A stretch of DNA of 64,000 nt from Candidatus Woesearchaeota archaeon (GCA_043797205.1 JAZDQB010000028.1:4144-68143); one strand, 5' to 3'. Positions 1-9,849 are shown, numbered from the stretch's first letter. The notes: a model not told the origin generated them from the letters alone. Program-made: numbers and translations.

Positions 1-296
1 CTATCGGTAAGGTATCCCAAGTAGTAATCGAGAACTCTAAATTTATGCCTACGGACTTGCAGGTACAGGCTGGAGATACGGTAGAATGGGTGAATAAAGA
101 TGCAATTGAAAATAAAGAAAATACCACAAAAAATGAGGAAGATACTGCTGAACATACCGTAACTTTCGAGAGCGGAGATTTTGACCAGAAATTGGCCGTC
201 GGCGGAAAAGCCACTTACACTTTCAAAGAGAAAGGAACTTTTGGATACTTCTGTTCGATACATCCGGGGATGAGAGGAACGATTATTGTTAGTTAA
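1..296 (+). CDS. cupredoxin (plastocyanin/halocyanin-like blue copper protein), 5'-partial at window edge
   Basis: Frame is open from nt 3. Translation ...VVIENSKFMPTDLQVQAGDTVEWVNKD...HTVTF...GYFCSIHPGMRGTIIVS carries the type-1 copper ligand pattern (H...C..H..M) of plastocyanin-like domains. Confidence 0.6.
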   Translation, partial: IGKVSQVVIENSKFMPTDLQVQAGDTVEWVNKDAIENKENTTKNEEDTAEHTVTFESGDFDQKLAVGGKATYTFKEKGTFGYFCSIHPGMRGTIIVS

Positions 297-580
297 GAAT
301 ATAAAAAATTATTTTTTATTTTTGCTTTTTATTACCTCATCTTCTTTCTCATCTTTGCCAATTCTTCATAATCAGCTTTAGTTCCACTGCCGCCCTGACA
401 CTTTGCTTCCAATGCTGCCAATTCCTGCTTCCAAACCTTTTCCTTTTTCTCCAAATCCTTTTTGCTCATAGCCATAATGAATCACCTTTTAAGTTAATAA
501 TCACTAAATTCCTTCTGATTATATAAAGATACCTTTTTATACCAAATAATCTTTATCAGTTAAAAAGGAGGTACTTTAAC

Positions 581-1012
581 ATGGTTTATGATATGATGGG
601 TAATTTCGGAGGAATGGCTGCTTTGGGAGGGATGATGGCTTTTTTTGGCGCATTTCTGGTGTTCTTCTTAATATTAGGAGTAGGATTTTATATCTACTCG
701 GGATTCGCTTTCATGGCTATCGGTAAGAAAGCTAAACTAAAAACACCAGGATTAGCTTGGATTCCCTTAGTTGGACCAGCGATTATCGCTTACCAATGCG
801 CTAAGATGCACTGGTGGCCGTGGCTATTAATTATCGGTATGTTCATTCCTACGGTGGGATTCCTGTTCAGCATCGCTTTTGCGGTATTCCACGTCATCTG
901 GCAGTGGAAGATGTTTGAGAAAGTCAAATATCCGGGCTGGTGGGCTGTTCTTTGCCTGATTCCCTTTGTGAATCTAGTGCTGTACGGAATTGCCGCTTGG
1001 GCTAAGAAGTAA
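581..1012 (+). CDS. hypothetical polytopic membrane protein
   Basis: SD-like AAGGAGG 8 nt upstream of the ATG. About 4 hydrophobic helices. No motif recognised. Confidence 0.5.
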   Translation: MVYDMMGNFGGMAALGGMMAFFGAFLVFFLILGVGFYIYSGFAFMAIGKKAKLKTPGLAWIPLVGPAIIAYQCAKMHWWPWLLIIGMFIPTVGFLFSIAFAVFHVIWQWKMFEKVKYPGWWAVLCLIPFVNLVLYGIAAWAKK

Positions 1013-1124
1013 TTTTATTTTTGTTTTTTATTTCTTTATTATGTCTCGAAGGTAAGGCTTACTTTAGACATTAGCTTGTATAAAATACAAAATATTATAA
1101 ACCTAATCTAGTTTTTAAGGAGTT

Positions 1125-2105
1125 ATGATTAAAAGGTCTCTAGTAGGTATTCTGGCTGCTTTAACAGTAATCGGTTGCACTCCTACACCAGATGTTAAAA
1201 AACCGATGGAGGAGATAGGAGATTTTGTGAGAGCCCATCTAAACGATAATACTCCGGCATCGGAATATAAGTATGATGGGAACAATAACATTCTTAACCA
1301 ACTTATTGACGAAGGATTACTAAGACCAAATACTTCTTATGACACTAAAGATAAAGAAAAAATAAGCGCTTCTTTAGTAAAAAAAATAGACCTTATTTGT
1401 GGAGATATGGATTTAGCATTACAAGATAAGAATGTGCCCCAATTCGTAGCCGCGTATCATCGTGCAGTTCAATTTCAGAAAGATTTAGCCGGCATTAGTC
1501 CCGATTTAGCGGGTTTATCATCGGCGCGAATGGAAACTTCCTTAAGGGTTGGTCTAGACGGAAATATTTATACTTTAGTCGCTTCAAATCCAGGAATATT
1601 ACAAAATTGGCCGGAATCATGCTATTCTAATTCCGATACTAAAGATTTAGTTAAAGCCCTAATTGATTTTAATCAAAGAAGATGGGCTGCCACCACAAAA
1701 GAAGAAGAAAGACCCAAACATGTAAGTGGCCACTTAATTTTCCATGATGATTCTCAGTTGCTATTATCCCAGTCAAGACAAATTCCAAATGAACAAGTAG
1801 GAGATAAGGAAAGCGCGTACTTTAAACCCGATAGTACTATTTCTAACTTTAACTATAATCCTCACTCAAAAGTATTCGGCTATAATCTCACCACTTCTAC
1901 CCGAGAAGGAATCTCAGGCAGCCTGACCAGAGAATGTAATTTTATTGACCTCGGCGCGGATGGATTAGACCGGTGCGATGCTTTGTTAAACGGGTTTCCG
2001 GACACTCCGGAAGGTATCGCTTCCGCCAATAGTAAAGCTGCGGCATGCATGAAAAAAACCATTGACGTTCTGAAAGTAAGGTATGCTGGAACCGGTTTTA
2101 TCTAA
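1125..2105 (+). CDS. hypothetical secreted lipoprotein
   Basis: N-terminal signal peptide ending in a lipobox-like VIGC (MIKRSLVGILAALTVIGCTPTP). Confidence 0.5.
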   Translation: MIKRSLVGILAALTVIGCTPTPDVKKPMEEIGDFVRAHLNDNTPASEYKYDGNNNILNQLIDEGLLRPNTSYDTKDKEKISASLVKKIDLICGDMDLALQDKNVPQFVAAYHRAVQFQKDLAGISPDLAGLSSARMETSLRVGLDGNIYTLVASNPGILQNWPESCYSNSDTKDLVKALIDFNQRRWAATTKEEERPKHVSGHLIFHDDSQLLLSQSRQIPNEQVGDKESAYFKPDSTISNFNYNPHSKVFGYNLTTSTREGISGSLTRECNFIDLGADGLDRCDALLNGFPDTPEGIASANSKAAACMKKTIDVLKVRYAGTGFI

Positions 2106-2267
2106 CTATAATACCACTTATTATCACGTCCCTCGAATGAAGGGTTGGTTCTAAAACAATAAAGAAAAATAAACTATAAATTACCAATAGCTATCAATAT
2201 TTTTTCATGTCCAGCAATCAATTTTTTAAACCTATCCAGCTCTTCAGATACTACTTTTAATCTTTGC

Positions 2268-2666
2268 TTATCTTGAGAATTCTCTAACTTTGCCATATTT
2301 AATCCACCCTTTTATTTCTTCATCTGAATAATACCTTTCTCTAATACCCAGCATTACCCGAGCATAATGGAAATCATCCGTTATCCCAAATTTAACCTTA
2401 TTCATTAATAAGAAATCTTTTGTAGTAATAAATGCAGTTCTTCTATTGCCACTAGCAAAGGGGTGCTTTTGAACTAATCCTTTTAATAAAATTACTGCTT
2501 TATCATAGATATCTCCTTCTTTATCTGCGCATTCTTGAACTATTCCTTTTATCCTATCTAAACTTAACACTTTAGGACTATCCGCTCTTTTTACTTTGAT
2601 TAATTCTAGTACCAGCAAGTTATACTCAATAATCCTTTCTGGAGAGGGATATATTATTTTAGCCAT
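2268..2666 (-). CDS. doc: Doc/Fic family toxin (death-on-curing-like)
   Basis: HPFASGNRRTAF matches the Doc/Fic active-site motif HxFx(D/N)GNKR. About 130 aa as in Doc. No upstream antitoxin ORF is visible. Confidence 0.65.
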   Translation of the reverse strand: MAKIIYPSPERIIEYNLLVLELIKVKRADSPKVLSLDRIKGIVQECADKEGDIYDKAVILLKGLVQKHPFASGNRRTAFITTKDFLLMNKVKFGITDDFHYARVMLGIRERYYSDEEIKGWIKYGKVREFSR

Positions 2667-2714
2667 TTTATTAAATAGAGTTAGTAGAAGTATTTAAATG
2701 TTTATTTTCCGAAT

Positions 2715-4478
2715 CTAACAATAATACCACTTATTCATTTCTCTTTGCTCTCGATCTTTGACCGATCCTGGTTTATTAATTCGCGGTCGTTTAGAACTTA
2801 AATCACGTCTAAGGGTAATCCCTAATTCCTTCAAGAACATATTCATCCCTTCTTCCATCTTAAACGGACCATGCAAAGTTCCCTGCTTGGCCGGCTCACC
2901 GCTAAACACCATCAATCTATCAGAAAGATAATCTAAAAACATCAAGTCGTGATCTACCACCAATACCGTAATTCCTCTTTCAAAAGCCAAATTGCCCACC
3001 ACTTTAGAGATAAGTAGTCTTTGTTCTACATCCAGATAAGCCGAAGGTTCGTCCAGCAAAAATAATTCCGCATCTTGAGAAAGACATTTTACAATACTAA
3101 CCCGTTGCAGTTCTCCCCCAGACAATTCTTTCAATTTCTTAGTAAAGAGTTTCTCAATCTCTAACGGACGAATCAACTGATTGGAATATTTGCTTACTCC
3201 TTCCTGTAAGAAAGTCATCACTAATTGATCTGAATCCGTTTCCAGATACTGCGGCTTGTAAGCAATCTTAACCTTTTGATCAATCTCTCCGCTATCTGGT
3301 TCAATCAATCCGGCTAGAATCTTGATAAAAGAAGTTTTTCCGATACCGTTCTCTCCCAAGATTCCCACAATCTCTCCTCGATTCAAAGTACCCGGTTCCG
3401 CTTTCAAATTAAAATTACCCAACTTCTTATTCAATTCTGTCCAAGAGATTAAGGCCCGAGCGAATCCTTGCTGCTTATCCTGAGATTTCTCAAATTTGAT
3501 GTGCGAATCTCTAAAACGGACGTTCTCTTCCTTCAGATATCCATCTAAGAAAGAATTAATTCCTTCTCGAGTGGACTTTAATCCTGAGACTACTCCGTAA
3601 GCTTGTTCTTGTCCGTACATGATATTCAACAGATCAGTCATATAATCTAAAATAATCAGGTCGTGCTCAATGACCATCACCGCAGTTTTTTCATCAGCCA
3701 AAGCGCGGATGAATTTAGAGATATTCACGCGCTGTTTGATATCCAAATAAGAGGTGGGCTCATCAAAAAGAAATAAATTGGCACTTTTTAATACCGTCGC
3801 GGCAATAGCCACACGCTGCAATTCTCCGCCAGAAATATTCTGCACCGGAGTCTCTAAAAAGTTATTCAGCTGCAATTCTTTGCACACTTCTGCTAATCTC
3901 TTCTCATGATCTACCTTATGTAGCAATTCCTTCACCGTGCCGGAGAATTGTTTTGGAATCAAATCTACTTGCTGCGGTTTGTAAGAAAGAGTGATTTCAT
4001 CTTTATGCAACTTTTCTAAGAACCCTTGCATTTCTGTACCTTTAAAATAAGCAATGACTTCTTTAAAATCGGCCGGTTTGCGCCAATCTCCCAAGTTGGG
4101 AGTGATTTGTTTAGCTAAAATTCTTAACGCCGTAGTTTTACCAATCCCGTTCCTTCCCAAAATTCCGGTCACGTTCTTAAATAAAGGAGTAGGTAAAGAA
4201 AACAATTCAAACATATTTTCTCCGTAACGATGTACGGGAGATTTGTTTAGGGCTTCGGGAAGATTGATAATTTGAATCGCTTCATAAGGACAGCGTTTCG
4301 GGCAGATACCACAACCGGTACAGAGCATCTCATCGATCTGCGCTTTTTTAGTAGTTTCGTTGGGAGTAATACATTCCGCTCCGGTCCGATTGATCGGGCA
4401 CAACTTAGCACAAAGGTAACCTCCGCACTCTTGCGGGTGGCATTTCTGTCGTTCAATGATAGCAATGCGCTTAGTCAT
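2715..4478 (-). CDS. abcE1: ABCE1 (RNase L inhibitor homolog, ribosome recycling ATPase)
   Basis: N-terminal Cys-rich FeS region (CPINRTGAECI...CTGCGICPKRCP) followed by two ABC ATPase domains with Walker A GxxGxGKT twice and LSGGELQR twice. Likely start is the internal MTKRIAII. Confidence 0.9.
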   Translation of the reverse strand: MTKRIAIIERQKCHPQECGGYLCAKLCPINRTGAECITPNETTKKAQIDEMLCTGCGICPKRCPYEAIQIINLPEALNKSPVHRYGENMFELFSLPTPLFKNVTGILGRNGIGKTTALRILAKQITPNLGDWRKPADFKEVIAYFKGTEMQGFLEKLHKDEITLSYKPQQVDLIPKQFSGTVKELLHKVDHEKRLAEVCKELQLNNFLETPVQNISGGELQRVAIAATVLKSANLFLFDEPTSYLDIKQRVNISKFIRALADEKTAVMVIEHDLIILDYMTDLLNIMYGQEQAYGVVSGLKSTREGINSFLDGYLKEENVRFRDSHIKFEKSQDKQQGFARALISWTELNKKLGNFNLKAEPGTLNRGEIVGILGENGIGKTSFIKILAGLIEPDSGEIDQKVKIAYKPQYLETDSDQLVMTFLQEGVSKYSNQLIRPLEIEKLFTKKLKELSGGELQRVSIVKCLSQDAELFLLDEPSAYLDVEQRLLISKVVGNLAFERGITVLVVDHDLMFLDYLSDRLMVFSGEPAKQGTLHGPFKMEEGMNMFLKELGITLRRDLSSKRPRINKPGSVKDREQREMNKWYYC

Positions 4479-4553
4479 AAACAGAACTATTCGTTTTAGT
4501 TTTATATTATTTGTGGTAGGATTTTTAAAATCAGATTGTTTTTTACCATAAAT

Positions 4554-4718
4554 ATGACCAAATGCGAGATATGCCACAATAAACTGGAAGAGCTATTTCT
4601 AGACAAGATAAAAGGTACAATCGTAAAAAAGCCCGGTTCCAGTAAACAGTATTACTTCTGTTTCGAATGCCAAAGGAAGTTTAAGACTAAAGAAGAGTTA
4701 TTGAAGCAGATTAAATAA
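4554..4718 (+). CDS. small zinc-ribbon protein (CxxC...CxxC)
   Basis: MTKCEICHNKLEE...FCFECQRKF has two CxxC pairs. Short ORF, weak support. Confidence 0.3.
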   Translation: MTKCEICHNKLEELFLDKIKGTIVKKPGSSKQYYFCFECQRKFKTKEELLKQIK

Positions 4719-5100
4719 GCACTTCTAATCCACACAATCCAATTAGGATTAAATCACCTTTTTTTAATTCTACGGGTGCAGAATTCACTAAAATTTTATT
4801 TTTTCCACGTTGAATCTGTGTTCCCTCACTACTACCCACGTCAACAAGGAAATACTGTTTTTTAAACCATCCTTTACAAGTAATCAAAGCATGCTTACGA
4901 GAAGCCGCACCGTTATTTATAATTAGATTATTTTCGGAAGATCGTCCAACCTGAACGGGAAACTTTTTCAGTTCAATAACTTCCGGAGAAAGGAATAAGA
5001 TATAATTCTTAACCTGGGGCAGATTAGTAAGTTCTTTATGTTTAACTTCATTAGCCGCAGAGAACCACAGACCATATTTCAAAACAAGCTGAAAACCCAT
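4711..5100 (-). CDS. FHA domain-containing protein
   Basis: VGRSSENNLII...ASRKHALI...DVGSSEGTQIQRG...GDLILIG matches the FHA signature (GR, SxxH, S/TxNGT). Confidence 0.55.
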   Translation of the reverse strand: MGFQLVLKYGLWFSAANEVKHKELTNLPQVKNYILFLSPEVIELKKFPVQVGRSSENNLIINNGAASRKHALITCKGWFKKQYFLVDVGSSEGTQIQRGKNKILVNSAPVELKKGDLILIGLCGLEVLI

Positions 5101-5183
5101 AGTTAAGATAACGTGTTTGGAGTTTAAATATTTTTGCCTTATCTAGAAGTATAAAATCGTTCTGCTTGAATTCACCAATACCT

Positions 5184-5192
5184 TTTTAAAAT
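5184..5192 (+). promoter_or_regulatory. archaeal TATA-box-like element upstream of tRNA-Thr
   Basis: TTTTTAAAA lies about 25-30 nt upstream of the tRNA 5' end. Confidence 0.35.
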
Positions 5193-5215
5193 TGTAAGAA
5201 AAGTTAAGGTTAATC

Positions 5216-5305
5216 GCCTCTGTAGCTTAACGGTGGAGCGACTGCTTCGTATATACTTAATAAAGAAAGAGCAGTAGGCTGAGGGTTCAAATCCCTCCAG
5301 AGGCT
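5216..5305 (+). tRNA. tRNA-Thr(CGU) with an 18-nt intron at the canonical 37/38 position
   Basis: Cloverleaf read by eye: acceptor GCCTCTG/CAGAGGC, D arm GCTT-AACGGTG-GAGC, anticodon stem ACTGC/GCAGT with loop TTCGTA[TATACTTAATAAAGAAAG]A, T arm GAGGG-TTCAAAT-CCCTC, discriminator T. A T-run follows. Confidence 0.8.
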
Positions 5306-5426
5306 TTTATTCCTTTTACTTTGGAGTTGATAAGGACACTTTGTCCTTATGTGAAAATCTTCCAGAAGCTTTTATTCTTCTTTCGCTACAGAAATCTTTA
5401 AATAATACCGAGATTTCTTTCTCGCT

Positions 5427-5972
5427 ATGGTGTTTCAATGGATTTGGAAGAAAAGTAAGGACAAAAAAGAAGAGGACCGGGATTTCTTGGACCAAACCTT
5501 AGAAAGAGATATCCGCCGCAGTCTTCCGATAATCAATGAAAAATTCTTGAACAGCTCTAAATCTAAGGATAAAAATAGTACCATCCGCAGCAAGAACGAA
5601 TGGACGCCCAAAGATTCTACTCAAATCTTATTTGATAAGATTTATCGTAAGGACGTAAAAGAAGAATATCGTCCGACTAATTTCTTTAAGGAAATTAAGA
5701 AAGATGAGACATTTAAAGACTTTTCTTCCCGAGTACTTCCCGTGCATCTCTTTTTTACTATCGGCAAATACGCTCAGAAAGAACCGGCCAAGATTATTCA
5801 TCTGGTAATCATGCCCGGATTCAAAGGCAATAAAACTGCTTACAAATTCTTTGGCTACTTTGAAAGCGAAAAAGAGTTGTATACGGGAGAAAAAGACTTT
5901 AATTCCTTGGGAGACGCCGGAGTATATGAAGAATTGGCCAAATTAGCGGAAAGAATCCAGTGGAGAAAGTAA
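5427..5972 (+). CDS. hypothetical protein, tandem paralog 1
   Basis: Shares blocks with the next ORF (PTQILFDKIY / PTQILYDECY; PVHLFFTIGKYAQKE...IIHLVIMPGF / PLHILFFVGEHSKKQ...IRIVVLPSY). Confidence 0.5.
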   Translation: MVFQWIWKKSKDKKEEDRDFLDQTLERDIRRSLPIINEKFLNSSKSKDKNSTIRSKNEWTPKDSTQILFDKIYRKDVKEEYRPTNFFKEIKKDETFKDFSSRVLPVHLFFTIGKYAQKEPAKIIHLVIMPGFKGNKTAYKFFGYFESEKELYTGEKDFNSLGDAGVYEELAKLAERIQWRK

Positions 5973-5973
5973 G

Positions 5974-6531
5974 ATGGTTTTTTCGTTGTGGAGAAAAAGT
6001 TCTTCATCAATACTTTCTGAAGATCAAAAGAAACGATTAGAATCAGATTTAAAAAATGCTGCAGTTACAATTCAAGCTACAATAAAATACCACAAATTAA
6101 ACTCTGGTGGGCAGCGTATTAATCTTCCGCAACATTGGACAGAGTGGGATGGAAATGGGCCTACTCAAATCCTTTATGATGAATGTTATATTGAAGGAGC
6201 AGGTCCCGAAAAAGTTCCAAAAACGGTCTATCTTACAGCAGGAAAAGCATTTGAAGACCTTTCTGATTCGGTCAACCCCTTGCATATTTTATTCTTTGTA
6301 GGAGAACACAGTAAAAAGCAACTAAAAGAGACCATCAGAATTGTGGTTCTTCCCTCTTACCAGAATCAAATACCCACCTATAAAGCAGTAGGTTATTTGG
6401 AGTCATATCAAAAGGACCTTTCCATCCTGGCTAAAATCATTGATTCCAAATCCATTGTTAACATTAAATTTTTCTTAGAGATGATTGAATTCGCAAAGGA
6501 TATCCTTCACCATCATTTCCCGCCGAATTAA
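5974..6531 (+). CDS. hypothetical protein, tandem paralog 2
   Basis: Paralog of 5427..5972, starting 2 nt after its stop. Confidence 0.5.
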   Translation: MVFSLWRKSSSSILSEDQKKRLESDLKNAAVTIQATIKYHKLNSGGQRINLPQHWTEWDGNGPTQILYDECYIEGAGPEKVPKTVYLTAGKAFEDLSDSVNPLHILFFVGEHSKKQLKETIRIVVLPSYQNQIPTYKAVGYLESYQKDLSILAKIIDSKSIVNIKFFLEMIEFAKDILHHHFPPN

Positions 6532-6593
6532 TAGTTATCCAAAAGAAATTTTCCAAACATTTTATAAATTAACGTCGAGAATTAGATAGAAAT

Positions 6594-7595
6594 ATGACTC
6601 CGAAAACAGAGCAGCTCTTACAGCAAGCAGAGAAAGTGTATCAAAAGAATTTTACTAATAGCTGCTGGTTCGAACGCGCCATCTTTTTAAGTTGGTACTG
6701 CGCTTTGGGAGACTGCACTTTCTGCTATATGAGCACCCAAAAGAATAAAATTAAAAATCCTTCCAAAGCAAGACGCACTTTAAGTTCTATTTTAGCAGAA
6801 ATATTAATCACTAAAAAACAGGGATGGAAAATTGAATTCCTTTCCAGCGGTTATGGTGCTTATACTATGGAAGAGATCTTTCAAGTAGTAAAATTAAGTT
6901 CAATCGTAGCCAAAGAAAAATTATGGCTAAATATTGGTTACTTGAATGAAAAACAGATTAAGCCACTGCTTCCTTACATTAAAGGAATTTCTGTATCTAT
7001 CGAAACGGTCAATTGGAAGTTAAGAAAGAAAGTTTGTCCTTCCAAACAGATTAAACCCCTGCTTCAAACTTTAGAATTAGCACAGAAATATGAATTAAAA
7101 AAGGCTATAACTATTATTGTCGGTTTGGGAGAAACGATTAAAGATATAAATGAACTGTTTAAATTCATCAAAAAGTATAATATTAATCGAGTTACTTTTT
7201 ATTCCCTAAATCCGCATCCCGGAACTCCTTTTACTAAGAGCCCAGAAACAGGATACTATTTGCAATGGATTGCTCAAACTCGTTTAAAGTTCCCCACATT
7301 AGAAATCGTCGCTGGAAGTTGGGTCAGTCGTTTAGAAGAAATCCCTTTAGTGTTACGTGCGGGAGCTAACGCTTTCACTAAATTTCCGGCGTTAAAAGAG
7401 CTGGGGGGGAAGAATGCTCGAAAAGTAGAACAAGAGATAAAGAAATCTGACCGAAAGTTAGAAGGAAACTTGAGCCAAACTAAAAAAGCGAATTGGAAGA
7501 AAGAAATTGACACTTTACCCTTAGAAAAAGAGCTTAAAGAACAAATTCTTCTGAAATTAAAGCAATATTTAAAAAGAGCTTCCACTCCTAAATGA
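6594..7595 (+). CDS. radical SAM protein, biotin synthase (BioB/ThiH/HydE)-like, atypical CX4CX2C cluster motif
   Basis: YCALGDCTFCY Cys triad. IIVGLGETIKD resembles BioB GIVGLGETVKD. Also NPHPGTPF and AGANAF, similar to BioB GTPL and AGANS. Confidence 0.55.
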   Translation: MTPKTEQLLQQAEKVYQKNFTNSCWFERAIFLSWYCALGDCTFCYMSTQKNKIKNPSKARRTLSSILAEILITKKQGWKIEFLSSGYGAYTMEEIFQVVKLSSIVAKEKLWLNIGYLNEKQIKPLLPYIKGISVSIETVNWKLRKKVCPSKQIKPLLQTLELAQKYELKKAITIIVGLGETIKDINELFKFIKKYNINRVTFYSLNPHPGTPFTKSPETGYYLQWIAQTRLKFPTLEIVAGSWVSRLEEIPLVLRAGANAFTKFPALKELGGKNARKVEQEIKKSDRKLEGNLSQTKKANWKKEIDTLPLEKELKEQILLKLKQYLKRASTPK

Positions 7596-8350
7596 AAATG
7601 CCCGACGAACAAGAATTAGGCCAAAAATTAGAGCTGAAAATGGAGCAAGAACAGCAGATAGAAGTGCAAAAAGCAGTTCAGTCTGAAGAAGATTCTACTC
7701 CCAGCAACGATAGCAAATCTTTGGTGATTATGCTTATAGTGGTAGTAGGAATATTTGTAATAGCTTTTGGCGGGTTCAAAGTTTATGATTATTTTACAGC
7801 TGCGGCGGTAATTGATGTGGATCAGTTACACCAAGACAACTTGAATGGAGACATAAACGAAAAAGAAGGTTATGTGTATGGGGGATACAGCTTCGTGTTT
7901 GTCGATGGTTTATGGTGGACGGAAGTGAATCGCTTTGGTACGCTATTGAAAATACCTTTACACTTTGGAGCGAGAGAAGTAGACAATGTTTCTATCATTG
8001 GTCAGTTAGATACTAAAGGTTTTAATGCCGGAGACAGCATTTATATCGCTATTGATCCTAATATTGCCAACAAATATTATTCCTTGGCTTTGTCTGAACT
8101 GAGCTTTAACATTGTCAAAGGAGTAGATCGACAGATTGTTACTTCTTGTACTGAAAATAATTCCATTTGTGATAATCGCACTATTATCAATTGTGAAAAT
8201 ACTCAAGGCAAGCCCGTAATCCAGCTAGCGGTAGAAAACACTACCAGAATAGAATTCAAAGGCACTTGCATCAAGATTGCTGGAAACGGCTATGACTTAG
8301 TCCGGGCCACAGACCGAATATTACTGAAGTGGTATGGAATTATGAGTTAA
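7592..8350 (+). CDS. hypothetical membrane-anchored protein
   Basis: Acidic N-terminus, then a single TM helix (LVIMLIVVVGIFVIAFGGF), then a Cys-containing extracytoplasmic domain. Confidence 0.5.
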   Translation: MKMPDEQELGQKLELKMEQEQQIEVQKAVQSEEDSTPSNDSKSLVIMLIVVVGIFVIAFGGFKVYDYFTAAAVIDVDQLHQDNLNGDINEKEGYVYGGYSFVFVDGLWWTEVNRFGTLLKIPLHFGAREVDNVSIIGQLDTKGFNAGDSIYIAIDPNIANKYYSLALSELSFNIVKGVDRQIVTSCTENNSICDNRTIINCENTQGKPVIQLAVENTTRIEFKGTCIKIAGNGYDLVRATDRILLKWYGIMS

Positions 8351-8351
8351 A

Positions 8352-8630
8352 ATGGCAACTGAAGTAGATTGTTTTGAAAGCGGACGTAAATTTGGAGATC
8401 TAGCTCATAGAGTACAAACAATGTTTGAACAAGTTAGAGGTTCTGCTAAAAATCCTGCAACATATGAGATATTTGGTGAATCAGCGTCAAATGCAGTTAG
8501 AGAATTAGAAGAGTTTGGCAGATTATATCCACATCTTCTCAAAGACGCAGAATATAAAGCAAGTATGGGTATGGCTAGAGCTTGTACCTCTAAAGAAAAT
8601 TTTTTGGCTTATTTCAAAGAATGTCTATAA
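8352..8630 (+). CDS. hypothetical small protein
   Basis: ORF only. Starts 2 nt after the previous stop. Confidence 0.4.
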   Translation: MATEVDCFESGRKFGDLAHRVQTMFEQVRGSAKNPATYEIFGESASNAVRELEEFGRLYPHLLKDAEYKASMGMARACTSKENFLAYFKECL

Positions 8631-8633
8631 TTC

Positions 8634-9011
8634 TTATCTTCTAATCCCTAATACTTCTAAATAACCACTTTGGTTGACTGTAACAATTCTGAAATTCAAT
8701 CCTAATTCTAATACTGCTTCCAATACAGCCATGTGTTCTTTCCCATACCCGGAAGCCAGATTCAAAGCAATTTCAAAATCAGAGATCTGTCCATCTAACT
8801 GCTTTTTTATTTGTTCGGTTAAACTAATCACATCAGAATTATCTGCATCCACTACCACTAACCTCACGCTCTCCGAGCGATTCTTGAAGTTTTCTTCTCC
8901 AAATTTGTTGGTGATCAAGAACACTTTATCCCAATTTTGTATTTGAATCAAACGATTGACTTCCATCCAAGTTCCTTTCCCCGTAGATAATAAAGCGATT
9001 AAGGTGGGCAT
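8634..9011 (-). CDS. hypothetical protein (Rossmann/CARF-like N-terminus, uncertain)
   Basis: ORF only. N-terminal LIALLSTGKGTW is reminiscent of CARF/Rossmann strand-loop signatures. Weak. Confidence 0.4.
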   Translation of the reverse strand: MPTLIALLSTGKGTWMEVNRLIQIQNWDKVFLITNKFGEENFKNRSESVRLVVVDADNSDVISLTEQIKKQLDGQISDFEIALNLASGYGKEHMAVLEAVLELGLNFRIVTVNQSGYLEVLGIRR

Positions 9012-9102
9012 GATTAAAAACGGAGTTATTTATTATATAAATCATTCGCTGTATTTTTACATTATAAAAAGTTATATTAACTCAGAGATTTTACTTATTC
9101 TC

Positions 9103-9849
9103 ATGCAGATATCTTTTTTTGAAGAGTTCCCGGACAAAAACAGTCTTTCTAAACTGAAATTTATTCGCTTTCCCACCAAAATATACTTGGCTGCCAAAAG
9201 CCTAAAACAGTTCCAGAAGTTAAAAGTGCAGATTAAAAGCAAGCAAGTAAAAGAAGTGGTCTATTGGCCCATCTTAGAAAACAAAGAGGGATATTGGATC
9301 TCTCCCTGGTCCAAAAGAAAAGCGTTGAAGAGAATCTTTTTGGAATTAGAAGGAAAGAAAATTTCGGTAATGTTGGATTTAGAGCTTCCTTTCCGACGCA
9401 ACCCTTGGTTATTCATTACCCAAAAAGCATATTTCTTTTCAAATAAAAAGTTAATTCGTAATTTCATTGACAACTATTTGGGAGAAGTTTATCTGGCAGA
9501 ATATTATCCGGAAGGGAAGTTTAAAGAGAGTGTGATGAAGTTTTGGGGGTTGCATTACTCTTCCCAAAAAACTAAAATTATCAAGATGCTTTACCATTCC
9601 TTACATCACTTCAACAAAGAATTCTTAGTTAAAGAATTACGGCGAGGAAAACAAGAGTTCGGAAATAACTATTTTCTCGCTTTTGGAACGATTGCCCAAG
9701 GCATTAATGAGAATGAAGCGCTTCTTTCAGCAAAACAATTACAGCAAGATTTACAGCTGGCTAAAGAAATAGGAATTAAAGAGGTTATTATTTTTAGGTT
9801 GGGTGGATTGAATAAAGAATATGTTAAAGTAATAAGTGAATTCGTTTAA
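9103..9849 (+). CDS. hypothetical protein
   Basis: ORF 8956..9849; the start was moved to the internal Met (MQISFFEEF) to avoid an antisense overlap with 8634..9011. Confidence 0.4.
   Translation: MQISFFEEFPDKNSLSKLKFIRFPTKIYLAAKSLKQFQKLKVQIKSKQVKEVVYWPILENKEGYWISPWSKRKALKRIFLELEGKKISVMLDLELPFRRNPWLFITQKAYFFSNKKLIRNFIDNYLGEVYLAEYYPEGKFKESVMKFWGLHYSSQKTKIIKMLYHSLHHFNKEFLVKELRRGKQEFGNNYFLAFGTIAQGINENEALLSAKQLQQDLQLAKEIGIKEVIIFRLGGLNKEYVKVISEFV

Noticed and set aside
5353-5371. Near-duplicate of the tRNA-Thr 3' end plus terminator (CTTCCAGAAGCTTTTATTC) 50 nt downstream of the tRNA
   Set aside because: Too close to the tRNA to bracket an integrated element. More likely a duplicated terminator, although a decayed att remnant cannot be excluded.
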